From the human T2T-CHM13v2.0 reference genome, Homo sapiens: a DNA stretch of 64,000 nt. Of the stretch, positions 27,236-41,025 are shown in pieces. Positions within the stretch are counted from its first letter, which is position 1. Each line of letters starts with the position of its first letter. The translations under genes and the position numbers were made by a program. Location: the NCBI RefSeq assembly GCF_009914755.1, contig NC_060927.1; one strand, 5' to 3'. The notes under the pieces were generated by a model. It ran no database searches and had not been told where the DNA came from. It saw nothing but the letters and a program-made list of their open reading frames with translations.

Positions 27236-27779
27236 CTTCCTAATCCAGAGAATCCTAGTGATGGGATGCTAATCTCCCCTTTCTTTCCCCACCCCAGTCA
27301 GCACCTTGTCATGTTGGTCACTTAACATTTTAGTGAGAATTGGTTACTCTGACTTTCCTCAGAGCAGAATTTGATGAAGAGAAAAGAGATAGAACCTGAG
27401 AACTGGAGGTACTTGGGATCAAAGGGGCAGGAGAGAATACCATTAAAAAGGAAAGGGGTACAGACGGGAAGTAGAGAGCCTAAGACAAGACCACTGAACT
27501 ATTCCATAGGGAAAGGGAGATTAGGCACATAGAGCTGTACAACAAGGTGATGCCTAGGTTCCAAATACCAAAACCCTCACCAGTATGGGAGTGTGACCTG
27601 GCCCCAAGTGAAGGTTACCTAACCTAATCCACAGAGTATCAGTGTTCTTCTAAAAGTCCTCCAGCAAAGGTTAATCCACTCTCTGTTATACAATTCTATT
27701 TTATTCACTCTTCACATAGAGTCTGTAGCAGCTTTTGGATCTTTTCTGTCTACTCTGTCGTGATTGAGAGGGGTTAAGC

Positions 27780-28220
27780 TGGTTGCTAGCAACCTGGCTC
27801 CTATCTCTCTCTCTCTAATCTCATCTGGTCCTGCTCTCTCCTCACATACCAAACTCCAGCAGACTCACCTGCTTTCTGCTCATCAACCTTGTCCCTACCT
27901 CAGGGTCATGTTATCTCTGCTTGAAATTCTCTTCCCCAAGGTATTTCCAAGGCTGGTTCTGTCCCTTCCTCCAGGTCCCCGCTCAAATGCATCTCCTCTG
28001 TGAAGCTGTTTCTGGCCACCTTTTCTTTGCCTTTCTCCTGCATTTAAGTTTTCATAGCACCTATCATTCATTGAAGTTATTTCTGTGTTTACTTGTTTAT
28101 CATGGGTCTTCCCCACTAGGATGTAAGCCTCATGAGTCAGGAACTTGGCCTGTTTTGTTCACTGCTATAACCCTAGCACCTAGAACAGTGCTCAATAAAT
28201 ATGAATTGCATGAATGAATA
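27780..28220 (+). mobile_element. L2a 3' end
   Basis: cctacctcagggtc...acttgtttatcatgggtcttccccactaggatgtaagcctcatgagtcagga...gttcactgctataaccctagcacctagaacagtgctcaataaatatgaa. Confidence 0.9.
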
Positions 28221-28999
28221 ATCAACCTTTGAGATATGGTCTTTTAAAGTTTATGTCCTTAGCTCCTTGCTCATAGCAGCTCCAGTGTGTTCATTGAATT
28301 GAATTGTGCTGAAAGTCACTATTGATTCAGCCTTTTTAGGCAACGTTACCTCAGTTCTTCCAAGCGTTCCTTTCCATTCCCCTTCTCAAACACTTAACCC
28401 CACACCCCACAAGCTGTGAACATGATCTCTTCCAGCCACATTGCTCTTCCTATCTGCAATCAGCAGAGCACACAGAGCACACAAATAACTTCATTTTCTC
28501 CTCTTTTCAAAACTGCAAAACAGGATGAAATAAGTTCTGATAAATTTTGAACCAATGTGAGTTGTTAATTTCCTTCTGCTCTATTTTCTTACCCCGTTGT
28601 TTCTGGCTGAGGGCTGATGGGGAAAGGACTGAGATGAGTGACAGTTCACCAACTCCCACTACTGCCATGGCATCAATCACAGAGAGATTGTGGAAGGTGA
28701 CGGGGGAGGGGGTGCAGTGGCGGGCGGTGGTGGCGGGACACGGAAGAAGCAGGGAGGCGCTGGGAGGGGGTGTGCATGAACTAGCTCAGGCAGCAGAAAC
28801 TTTTATTTTTCTCCTTCTCTAGGCCTCCAAAAATGGCCGAACTCAGCAGGGACCCTATCCCACGTCTCAGGGCCCTTCTAGGCCTACTTGTTTCTCTAGG
28901 GAATAGCTAAGAATCGGGTCACTTCAGATGCACGGATCATGTGAAGGCAGCAAGGGGCAGAGGAAGACCACACACTTCAACATCACACCATACTCCTTG

Positions 29000-29152
29000 C
29001 CATCTCTGCAACCTGCTGGATGTGCGGGACCCTGGCGCATTACCTAACCTCTCGCAGCCTCTGTCTCTCTTGTGGATAAAATGGGAACAAGAGTGCCTAC
29101 TCAGAATGGTTGCCTGTGCTTCTGTGTATGAATGGTGTATAAAAGCACCTAG
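29000..29152 (+). mobile_element. MIR
   Basis: gaccctggcgcattacctaacctctcgcagcctctgtctctcttgtggataaaatgggaacaag...tataaaagcacctag. Confidence 0.7.
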
Positions 29153-29154
29153 AG

Positions 29155-29474
<320 letters not shown>

Positions 29475-30874
29475 TCAGGTATAGGCAAAATAAAGTATGT
29501 GTTTATGTTCACCCATTAAGTGAAAAAGAAAAAATATATTATGATTGGTTGTACTTTTCCATTTCAAAAGTCAGAGACATGCTTATAGATGCTAACATTC
29601 TAATTAATGGATTCAAAGTAGATACAAAGCTTTACTCAGTTGTTCAGTTTGGCATTATACTGTCCAAAAATTAGGCGTAATTGGAGTTGTGACTCCAATT
29701 GTCAACATAACCAGCCACAGTGTAGGAAGCACCTACTTTACATAATGATTTTCACTCTCATTATATGTTGATACTAAAGTTGAAAATTGACTTCTTTAGG
29801 GCTGTGCCAAAGAATTCTCAGAGCACCAGCTACTCTGCCATCAATATTGGGCTCTAGCCTATGAAATTCTGTCATCTAAATCTTGCTTAGAACCAGTCAA
29901 GTCATTCAACTCGAATAAAGTATCAGTAGTGATTTTAACCAACTGGAATTAATTACTTTAATTTTCTGGGATGGATTAATTCACAAATGCATAAAGTAAG
30001 GTTATTTCATAGGATTCTATAGTTGCCATGCAGTGATTAATTAAAAATGCCTGAAGTCAATTAAAAAACTATTTGCAGTAGTAAAAATTCACCCTGGCCC
30101 AAGGAGGGGTAGCTTTGATTTCATTTTCAAGAGAATTTCAATCAGGTTTTATCTTAAGGCCCTAATGAATATATTCATCTGGTGCCTTGCTGTATCATGA
30201 GAGGACAATCTTTTCACCTTTCCTCCCTTTCATGTGTTTATGGGAAGGAGCTTTCCTTTTATATCAAATAAAATCAGGATTGGCACCAAGGGACTTCTGC
30301 ATTTAGAAGGGCAATTCTCACTGCTGGTTGCAGGTATTTCCTAGTCACTATGAGAAGGCACAATGCCTGGCGCTCTAGTTAGACACCACTTCACTGCTGG
30401 TCACTGCACAATGAGATATATACAGTACCTTCACTTCTGAGACACAACAAACTAAAAAATGAAGAATAATAAAAAGATCAAAGTAGAGGTTCGAGAATAA
30501 AGATAAACTAAAACCAGAACTCTAGCCTGACCAAGCATTAGTCATTTATAACAGGGCTCAAAGTAGTCATGGGCCAACTGTATTCAATGTTATTCTTCTG
30601 GAGAGAAAGAGCATCATTAACTTCAAAGTCATTTACTAGCTCTTGATGCATCTTAGTAGCTACTGAGTAAGCATGTGCTGGATTAGAAAAGAAAACAAAC
30701 AAAAAACAGAAACAAACCAAAACCAATGTTCTGGCAATGTGAGAACGTTTGTAGATAAAATGAAATTAAATAATAAAAGGATGTTGGCTTCAAGAGATCT
30801 TCAGTTTTCTTCTGCTTTTATTTAATTTTTGGGTCTACTGTTCAAGGCTTCCTTACTGCATTTTTTATTTGTCA

Positions 30875-33050
30875 ACCCTAGTATTCAACTCTAGTTTCAG
30901 AATTGTTAACTCATAACCCGGTGAAAAACAAATTTGCCAGGTAGAGTACCGTGTTTGTGTATAGTTTTTTGTTATTGTTGTTCTTAGCTTTACAATATCC
31001 AGTCAAAAGACTGTTTCCAAAATTATTTGTCAGGTCCTTTGCCCCCATCTCCTTCAGTGTGGTATGCCATTAATCTGTAATACAGTTAAATTCATTTCTC
31101 ATAGTCTGTATTTCATCTTGGGTCCCTCCAACATTCTGGTAGATATTTTTAAATTTGCATAGAGTGAAATTCACTTTTTGTGTTTCTACAGTTGTATGGA
31201 GTTTAATAAATGCACAAAGTCATGCTATTGCCCATTCAGAACAGTTCCATGAGCCCTCAAATTCCCTCATACTGCCACTTTGTAGTCAAGCTCTCCCCAC
31301 CTCCAAATCCTGGTAACTACACACCTGCTTTCTGTCCCTCTAGTTTTGTCTTTTCTAGAATGTCATGTAAGTGGAATCATACAATATTGTAGCCTTTTGA
31401 GTTTGGTGTCCTTCACTTAGCAAAATGCCTTTAATTCTTTTTATTGCCGAGTAGTATTCCTTTGTATGAATGTACCCAAATTTGTTAATCCATTCATCCG
31501 TTGGCAGATATCTGGGGGACTTTCAACCTCTGGTGTTTGTGAATAAAGCTGCTATGAATATTTATATACACTTTTTTGTGTGTGAATGTAAGTTTTTAAT
31601 TCACTTTGGTAAATACTTAGGAATGAAATAGCCGAGTCACATGGTATAGATTGTTGAACTTTGTAAGAAACCTTCAAACTGTTTTTCAAAGTGGGCTGTA
31701 CCATTTTGCATATCAACTAGCAATGGAATGAGATTCCATTTGCTCTGTATCTTTGCCAGTACTTAGTATGTTTGTTTGTTATCTTACACTTTCTAATAAG
31801 TATATAGTGGTATCTGATTATGGTTTTAATTTATATTTTCCTAATGGTGTTGAGCATTTTTTTTCATATGCTTATTTGCCATCAAATGTCTTCTTTGGTG
31901 AAGTATCTGTTCAGTACTTCGGCTATTTTTAAATGAGTTTTTGCAGATATTTTCTTTCAGCATGTAACATGTCTTTTCATTCTCTTAATAGTATCTTTCT
32001 CAGAACAAAAGTCTTAAATTTTTCTAAAGTCCAATTTTTAATTTTTTAATGGATCATCTTTTTTATGTCATATCTAAAAACTTTGTCAAGCCCAAAGTCA
32101 CACATATTTTCTCCCATTTTTTCTAGAAGTTTTATAGTGTCATATTTTACATTTAGATCTATGATCCACTTTTCATTAATATTTGTATAAGATGTGAGGT
32201 TTGTGTCAAGGTTCAATGTTTTTACAAATGAACAATTATTTCATTTGCCCCATGACCATTTGTTGAATAAACAATCCTTTCTCCATTTAATTACCTTTGC
32301 ACCTTTGTCAAAAATTAGTTAACTGTACTTGTGTGGGGCTATTTCTGACCTGTCTGTTCTGTTCCACTTACTGTCTATTCTGTTTCATTTATATGTGCTT
32401 CACTCCTTTTAACATACACAACACTGCCTTTGATTACTGTAGCTTTATATTAAATCTTGAAATCAGATAGTATGAGTCCTCCAGCTTTACTCTTTTTCAC
32501 ATTGTTTTGAATATCTGAGTTCTTTTATCTTACCATATACATTTTTAATCACTTTGTTGCTGTCTACAGAGCATTTTGCTAGGATATAAATTGGGATAAT
32601 ATTTAGTCCTTTGATCAAATTGAGGGGAATTAACATCTTAGCCATATTGAGTCATGCAGTCCATGAAAATGATATGCCTCTCTATTTAGTTAGGTCTTTT
32701 TTCATTTCATTCTTCAGTGTTTTTTAGTTTTTAGTATATGGAGACTGCTCATATTTTAATAAATTTATAAACAAATACTTCATTTTGAGGGTGCTATTAT
32801 AAATAGTATTACTCTTTTAAATTTTGAATACCAATCAGTAGTTTATTCCTAGGAATACAATTGACTTTTATATCTTGATCTTATATCTCACAAAGTTGCT
32901 AAATTCACTTATTAGTTCTAGGAGATTTTTGTAGATTCTTTGGGGTTTTTTTCTACATAGACAATCATATCTTCGATGAGAGACAGTTTTATTTCCTTTT
33001 TTAAAATATGAATGCCTTCTGTCTTGCCTTATTGTACTATGACAGTGAAT
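30875..33050 (-). mobile_element. Old L1 (L1MD/L1MC-like), 3' UTR plus ORF2 end, ~2.2 kb
   Basis: ttttctagaatgtcatgtaagtggaatcatacaat...gctgctatgaatatt...gtggtatctgattatggttttaattt...ttgattactgtagcttta...attagttctaggagatttttgtagattc. Confidence 0.9.
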
Positions 33051-33164
33051 AAGACAACTGAATTGTAATAGTCAATCTAAACATAAAAGAAAGAAGAATA
33101 AAATAATATCTAACTGTGGGCTCCACATCAGAGAGTTAAGAAAGGCTTCTCAAACTTTTATTGG

Positions 33165-33400
33165 ATTGTTCATTTAGTCACTGAAGTATTGAGTCGCACT
33201 TCCATGGTGCTAAGTATTACGAGGAAGACAAATATAAATCAGGCTTGGAGTCTACAATCGAGTACTTTGCAAATGAGGAAAGGTAACAGGGCATGAATAA
33301 TAGTGGCTACATAAAAAGAAAGTGGTAAGGCTGATCAGAGATAAACAGAGAGAGAGAACAAGATTGAATCTAGAGGCAGAAGAGCAGGCCAGGAGCTAGC
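33165..33400 (-). mobile_element. Degenerate L2 3' fragment
   Basis: ttcatttagtcactgaagtattgag...ggtgctaagtattacgaggaagacaaat. Confidence 0.45.
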
Positions 33401-33462
33401 TATCTGTCACAAGAGTCTGACCTAGTAGTGGCTGTGAAGAAGTCAGGGTGGTGCTGAAGGAA

Positions 33463-33502
33463 GCTGGCTCTTCTGGATTTGCTGGCTCTTCAGGATTTGC
33501 TG
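33463..33502. repeat. 18-bp tandem duplication
   Basis: gctggctcttctggattt / gctggctcttcaggattt / gctg. Confidence 0.85.
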
Positions 33503-34074
33503 ACTGGCTGTAGAGACCAAGGGAGAGGAAGAAGACAAAATATCCAGGTTTGAGCTTCATTGTTTTGATGGGGGCTGACCCACAGACTGACATTCTGAAT
33601 TTGAAATATGCACTGAAGATTCAGATGAGGTGACCAGCAGGTGGTCTAAAGTGCTGGAGTTACTAGAATTAAAAAGTAGAGTCAAGCCTGAACATAAGAG
33701 TAGACCATGGTAGGATTCTCCCTTTCACCCTAGCCCCAAACTCTAAGGTTGCAAACACTTGGGACCTGGGACTTGGCCCTTCCATTGGAACAGTGACTAC
33801 AGTTAACTGGAGAGGTAGAGGGACAAGAAGGGTCTGAGTGGGGATAGAAGGCATCCTGCTAAGCAGGTTCACGAGCTCCAGCCTCTTGTAAAATTAAAAG
33901 AAGTCCTAACACCTATGCTGGTTAAAAGAAAGGCCACAATGTTTACGATGTTCCTCCACTCAAAGCAGGGTTAGAAACTCACTTATGGAGGCAAGAATCT
34001 GTCTTCTGAAATAAGGTGAAATGAGTTGCCCCTAAGTACCAGGAGCAGAGCTTGGAGTCAATCTGTGTTTGTCT

Positions 34075-34260
34075 AATAACAGCTTGCACTTACAGAGCAT
34101 TTACCATGTGCCAAGCCCTATCTTAAATGCTGCAACCCTCACATTGAATCCTCACAACAACCCTATGAAGTAGTTTCTATTATTATCCCCATGTAACAGA
34201 TGGGACACAGAGAGGTTCCATACATTTCCCAAGGCTTTGCTGATAGTAAGTGATAGAGGC
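34075..34260 (-). mobile_element. MIR
   Basis: gagcatttaccatgtgccaagc...aatcctcacaacaaccctatgaagtag...attatccccat...cacagagagg. Confidence 0.9.
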
Positions 34261-34414
34261 ACTGCCGCACTATGCTGCATTTCACCACTGCACTCAACTG
34301 CCCCGTGTCTTCTGGCAAACCACAGAGCCTCCCTGGCCAAGAAGAAAGTCATAAGTGAGTAGCAATACTGTCTTTATCCACAGCAAAGCGATAGCATTAC
34401 AGCACCCACTGTGA

Positions 34415-34560
34415 GCATCACTGAACAGCTGTTATGCACCCAGCACTGTGCTAGGTGGTGGGAATATGCAGACACCTTAGACACAATCCCTGGCCTCATG
34501 GATCTCAGTCTGGAAGGGGAAATAATCTCGTACACAATAACCATAAGATGCACTGTGATA
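34415..34560 (-). mobile_element. L2 terminal fragment
   Basis: cagcactgtgctaggtggtgggaatatgc...tccctggcctcatggatctcagtctgg. Confidence 0.7.
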
Positions 34561-34979
34561 TATCGCACTCTGACTGCAGATGTAAAAGACATGGCACATA
34601 GAGAAACAGGCATTAATTTTCTGTTCCTCTGTCAAGGAAAATGAAAGGCAGACTAATGCATTATGGCTGAAAGCATTTACTTTTGATTAAGTGTATGTTT
34701 AAATATCACCCTCCTCCTCAGTCAGGCTCATTCCTCAGTCTCTGCTACATTGCTGACTTTGCTTTCTAAAGAGAAAGTGAGATATTCACCCACAGTAAAT
34801 GGAATAAGAAAGATATAAGGCATAGAAGTCCTACCTCAGATTTTTTTTGTTTTTGTTTTTTTGCCTTTGAAAACTCATCACAGTGAAAACTAATTACAGC
34901 TCTCATCACAAAGAGAATGCCAGAGAAGGCTTTCCCTTCATTTTGTGGAAAGAGCTTTAAATAACATTACATAAAATAC

Positions 34980-35375
34980 ACAGGATCCCAGTTAATTTGA
35001 AATATAGTTCAAAATATGTAAAAACCAAATCTGTGATCTAGTAATACATACACTTCTTTATTAATGTATTAACAAGTTCTAGGTGTGGGTCAATTGCCAC
35101 AATTTCCAAGTGGTAATGAGTGTAAATGGTGAGCGTAAATGATTTTTTGATGTCTTCAACTTTGAAGTGATACAAAAACACCTGCAGTTTTTGATGGTGT
35201 CAAAGTCACAAACAGTAACATGAGTACTTATGGGGTTTCTTGCCTACACTGAGAATGGAAGGATATGCTAACTTTCAGTTAAAAGGTGGTGAAACATAAA
35301 GATGTATTTTTCCCATTCAAGTTTATGTATCCGCAGATTATATGCCCTTGAGACAGAGGTTCCAGATTCTTCTGA
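34980..35375. mobile_element. hAT-Charlie remnant (Charlie4-like)
   Basis: ggtgtcaaagtcaca...gaaggatatgctaactttcagttaaaaggtggtgaaacataaagatgtatttttcccattcaagtt. Confidence 0.7.
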
Positions 35376-35919
35376 TTTAAGACTTTTTGAGTTACTGATG
35401 TCCAGCTTTTCTGCTGCCTTAGATGCTTGAGACAGGAAAAGCAAAGAGTAGCTCTTATTTAAGGGCTAAGTAGACATGAGTGGGCACTTCTCAAGCCCCA
35501 CCTCCACAGAACACTCAAGTTTGTATGGTTATATCCATACAACTTTATGTCACAGCTCCATTTTCCCTGGTCTGGTGATCATGGAAACAGTTCTAAACAC
35601 CTCAGATTTCTATCATTTCTCCAAAGTGCCACCTTCTTCTTTGCCTCTTTTATCTGTCTTCATCCTCTGATTCCCACTTTTTCTAGTGACTCTAGCAAAA
35701 TAACTTACAATTCACATATAATAGATTCAGGCTATCTGCAATGTCTAAGCACAAATTTATCTAGGCTGGAAGATCATTAGGGCAACTGAGAGGATCATTA
35801 GGCCAGGGAAGTGGGTCTTGAAAGTCACAGAGGCAGCCTTCTACCAGATTTTGTACCCATACCAGAACCAGATTCAGTGTTTAAAATAGCGCTTTTCCTA
35901 AGAAATAAGAAAGGCAGAA

Positions 35920-36082
35920 AGCAACTAACACTAATTGAACACTGAAATATGCTAGGACTGGTACTGCATTTATATTTTCTCACTTAACTGTCAACAAAAG
36001 TAGTGTGCGATGATTACCTCCATTTATGAATGAGGAAAGAGACTTTAAAAAGCCAAGCAACCTGCCCAAGGTCACACACATC
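35920..36082 (-). mobile_element. MIR
   Basis: ctccatttatgaatgaggaaagagac...aagcaacctgcccaaggtcacaca. Confidence 0.8.
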
Positions 36083-36089
36083 TGGTGAA

Positions 36090-37400
36090 CACCATTTCTA
36101 CACCTTTCCTCTCCTTGGCCCACTCAGCCCGGCTTCCCATCCGTGACACAACTGGAATGGCTGCCACAGAAGTCAACAGCCATCCCCACAAAGCTGAACA
36201 TGAAGGGAATTTCTCCACCCCACTCGCTGCGCTCTATCTCATGGCAGACTTCAACACTGCTGCCCACTCACTACCTGCTGAAACCATCCCCTGCTTTGGC
36301 TTCTCCACAGACACTTTCCTGATCTCCATGTACACCTTTGCCGCCCCTTCTCAATTTTCTTTGCCGATGCAGCTTCCTCTCCATCATCTGTGGTGCTGGA
36401 GCTCCTCAAGGCCCCATCGTGGGCCCTGTTCACTAACAGAATCGGTTCCCTCAGCCGCTGACCCAGCCCATGGTGCCTGTTACCCTGGACACTCAGAAAA
36501 TCCCTCTCCCCACTCTGAGTTACAGGCAATTAACCTTGGATGTCTCATGGATATTCAGTCCCCACGAGATTGCCCAAAGATCCAAAACCGTTGTTCCCCC
36601 AATGTCCCCAATGAACACTCTACTTCGGTGAAAAGCACCCCTCTTCACCCAGCTGGCCAAATCAGAAACCTGAGAATGGCCTGTTATTCCTCCTTTTTCA
36701 CCCTCATATTCAATCAAAATACCAAGTCCTGTAGATTTTACCTACTGGGGATATCTGGAATCTTCCCCATCCTCTCCACTCCACTAAATCCGATTTCAAG
36801 GTAGCACCATTTCTCATCAGGATTAACTAAGCAGCCATCTAGCTCCTCTTCTTACCTTCCTTCAACCCATTTTCCCTGCTAACATCTTCCATTACTCCAT
36901 ATTAAGGTCAAAATCTGCAACATAATCTTTAAGGCACTGTTTTATCTGGCTCCTGCCACCCTATCAGACTCATGTAGAGCCACTCAACCCTTTGTTCTCC
37001 CCTCCTCTATTGCCTAGAACGTATTTCAGTTCCTCAATTACCCATGCTTCTTCCAGTCTCTGAGCCTTTGCACATGCTGTTCACTCTGTTTGAAATGCTG
37101 ATCCCTGCTCTCTTTACTAAGTTTCTTCCTACTCTTCCTTTGGATCTCAGTTTAAATATTACTTCCCTAGAGAAGCTTTTCCTAACCACGCATATTAGGT
37201 CAGCTTTCTGAGGGTCCCAATTTTGTATTTAGGGCCTACTATCCTTTTATTTAATATTATAATCAAATAATTAATCTATTTAATACCTGTCTCACCTCCT
37301 ATGACATAAGCTGCACGAGAGCAGCAACTATCTGCCACTCAGCCCAGGCTCACAGCCTAGTCTGAGGCCTGGTACATAGGTGAAATTTGGTACATCTTCT
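36090..37400 (+). mobile_element. L2 remnant from the RT region to the 3' end
   Basis: Translation ALYLMADFNTAAHSLPAETIPCFGF resembles the L2/CR1 RT motif [25 protein letters not shown]; the 3' part has gcctttgcacatgctgttcactctgtttgaaatgc...tctcagtttaaat...cctggtacatagg. Confidence 0.85.
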
Positions 37401-39878
37401 TTGACCTAATTAATTAATTATAGGAAAGTCTCTTTTTTCCACACTTCTCTAGACTTTTCTAGAAAGATACGGATCATCGGGTGTTTTATTTGTCCAAAGA
37501 AAATGAATAAGAACCTAGTCAGAATTTGCAATTGACAAATGACTTAAACTTTTAAATCAAAGAATCTGGAAGAATCCTGTTCTACTTTGTTGCTATTTTT
37601 AAAAAGGTAAGAATAAAAGTTTTGTTCTGCCACCTGTCAATGTCTGTCCTCAAAATGCCTGGCTAAATCATTTGTGTGCCTGGTGAATCCCAAATGAGTC
37701 ATTATTTACTTACCAACAATGATGAACAGTGCCCTCATAAGAAAATGTTATTACTATTTGTAGCCACCTTCATGGCTGTCAAAATGTATGTTACCTTGTA
37801 ACTATCAAAACCAGCTGGCTGGCAAATGAACATGATTTCTGCTCATGTACATTATTAAATGTGCATTTCTTAAAAAAAACAAACAAACCCAAATCTCATA
37901 TTTGATTAGTAACTTCCAGGTAAGGCAGAGTATAATTCAGAAGGATCAGAAAGATGTTCAAATAGAGTGAGACAGCAAATGATGTAATTCTCTGACCACA
38001 TGAAAACCAGGTCAAACCCAGCTTGTTTCTGCCAGCCTGACACAGCTGCTGGAGCCCCTTGCATATGCTTTCCAGCTGTCCCTGTTACGTCAACCTTTAA
38101 ATCGGGGATTTTGCCCCATGCATATGCTTCTTGCTTGGTCAAATGCAAGGCACATATTTTTGCAAGCTACTTTTCTCAGCTGTTTAAAATTGTGAATAAG
38201 GTCTAAGATACGTACATCGAGAAACAAGCCATTTAAAACAACAAATTTGGGTTACGAATTTTCTGCTTTTAGCCTCTTTGACTTGTAAAGAAACTGTGAG
38301 CATCAGAGTGGCCTGCAAAACTGAGCCTAAGAGATGCTTGATTTCAGTTCTCACTACTCCAGTATTGCCTTAAAAGAAAAAAAAAAAAAGCCTGGTGGCT
38401 GCTCCATAAAGTGAGGCTAGGAATTACATTCAGTGCCTCTGCCATGGAACAAATCATTGTCCTGAAATAAGGTCAGCCATGTATTCACCGAGTGGAGAGT
38501 CTGCCTTCAGAAAGAAAGGGGAATCACAACCTTTGAGCTCTCAAGAAGCTATATCCCTTCTCCACATAACTCTTTACTGACGCTGTAGGATTTCCAAAAT
38601 TTGACTGACAAAGCTAAGTGTTCTGTGCCTCCACATTGATGTCATTTGTTTCTAATATTAGCAGCAGAGCAGTTCAGGTTCACCTGAGAAAGAGGAGCTT
38701 TTATTTTGAGTTGAACAGGAGCAGATACTAAAAATGAACATGGTGAGACTTGTTTTTGATATCTCTGACATAGATAAAATAGTTAAACCTGTGCAGTGAA
38801 ACAATTTTGAATCAAATGGAAAAATAATTCATTCTAATTGGCAATTTGATGTGCTTACAGAATTTTTATGTAGCCTCACTTATGGGAACACTGAGGAATT
38901 AAGAAATAGAATAATATCATATAAAGTTGTTTTTCTGCACAATGTCACATAAGATTATGAGGTATTTGTGAAAATTCTACATGAGTGAGATAAAGGTTCC
39001 AGGGTATGTGTTATAGCCCAGCATGATTAGTAAACTTGGTCATTATTTGATATTAAAGCCACACAAACAAGCTGCTGAACTCATTAGATCAAATGTGTCA
39101 AGTATTTGGGCTTCTATTACACATCAGATCTTAAGTGGCTTAGAGTAACTGGACAATAGCTACATCTTCACTTAGTACTGCACAAACATGGATAGAGACA
39201 GGAGGATGCAGACGTGCCATTTGGAATAGCAGAAATCATGTTGGGATTTCATGCCCTGAATTGGAGGTAGCTAGTTCCTCCTACCTTCTCCAGCTGCAAA
39301 GTGAGTGGCACCATCCTGTGTTGGGAGTGCCTTAAGTGGTACACGTCTCACAAAGAGACTTGCATCTGAGCAAAGTTAGAGCAATGCACACAGAGACCCA
39401 GATATATCTCATGCAGAGAAAATGCCTCTCACTTTAAAAGTGACCACCTGAATTTCATAACTGTTCTATCTAGAGGATGAAGGTATTTGGAAAAATAATT
39501 AAAAGTATTAGAGTTAAGGGAAACAAAAATATCAAGGCTTAAGGTGGGGACCTATCACCACTATAGCAGTATTAGTCTGTAACTGAACTTTTCTTACATT
39601 TTAAAATCTTGTAAGGCTTTCATTCCAGAAAGGCCATCTTGGGCGTTTAAACAGCAGTGGCAAGAAAATGGGCCATTAGTACTTGCTAGTTTGCAGTTTG
39701 TTTTTGCTGACAGTTCTCATGTTTGGTCTTCAAAACCCATAACAGAGTGATCATTATCTTCAGTTGCTGCCATAAGGAAAATAGGACTGCCATCAGGAAA
39801 ATGGGTGCTGAGATGTTGCTAAGTACCCAGTGATATAACTTTGCCTTATTTGAGTTTGTTAGAACAATCTCTGAACTA

Positions 39879-40237
<359 letters not shown>

Positions 40238-40339
40238 CTATAGAGTTTTCTACAAGTCACTTCTCCCTACTGAAAGACATTAAAAATACATGAAAACCCT
40301 TTTCTAGATCCTTTTCTCCATGATACCTACAAAGTTATG

Positions 40340-40500
40340 CAAATATAAGCCTGAGGAAGCCACCACCTCATGTGATCTCCACGGTAAGATGTATCCCATG
40401 TTACTGGAATTACATGTTGGTTTTTCTGTGTCCCTCAGTGGACTCTAAGCTCCTTGAGGGTACAGGACCATGCCTTGTTCTTCTCTGTATCTCCATGACT
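40340..40500 (+). mobile_element. L2 fragment
   Basis: gactctaagctccttgagggtacaggaccatgccttgttcttctctgtatctcca. Confidence 0.65.
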
Positions 40501-40824
40501 TTTTAAAAAAATTCTCCCTACAATATAGCATTTGCTCTAGATTCCTACCCCTTAAAATCAGTAGACTTTTGGACTACCAAGAAAAGTCTTTGTACATCTA
40601 TTGATTTCTGAAAAACTACTAAATGAACAATTTCTTATAAAAATTATGTTCACTGGAGCAATCCAATTATTTTCGTCCCATTTAGTGGTTCAAAATATTT
40701 TCCACATGCATCTTTATGCAACAGTTTTCTTCCAGTTGGACATGTCCAGTTCATATGGGAAAATTTAGCACCATGTCTGGTTGGAGGGTAGGAGTCAGAA
40801 AGCACCAGAAATCGCTATGCCTTG

Positions 40825-41025
40825 CATTTGTTTACAGTATAACACTTTAGCACACATTCTCACGATCTGGCCCTACAAACAGTGATGCTATGCAAATGGC
40901 ATAGACATCAACGCTACATCTTCCAAATGAAGAAACTCAACCCCGGAAAGAAAAGGGAGCAATTTCTACAAGGTCACCCAACTAGTTGTGACAACGGGTC
41001 AAAAGCCCGGGTCTTTCAACTCTTT
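40825..41025 (-). mobile_element. MIR (degenerate)
   Basis: catcttccaaatgaagaaactcaac...caaggtcacccaactagttgtgacaac...cccgggtctttcaactc. Confidence 0.7.

Noticed and set aside
33631-33649. CTCF-like tgaccagcaggtggtctaa
   Set aside because: Lacks the conserved C after GG and the GC/AG that follows; weaker than the 3289 candidate.
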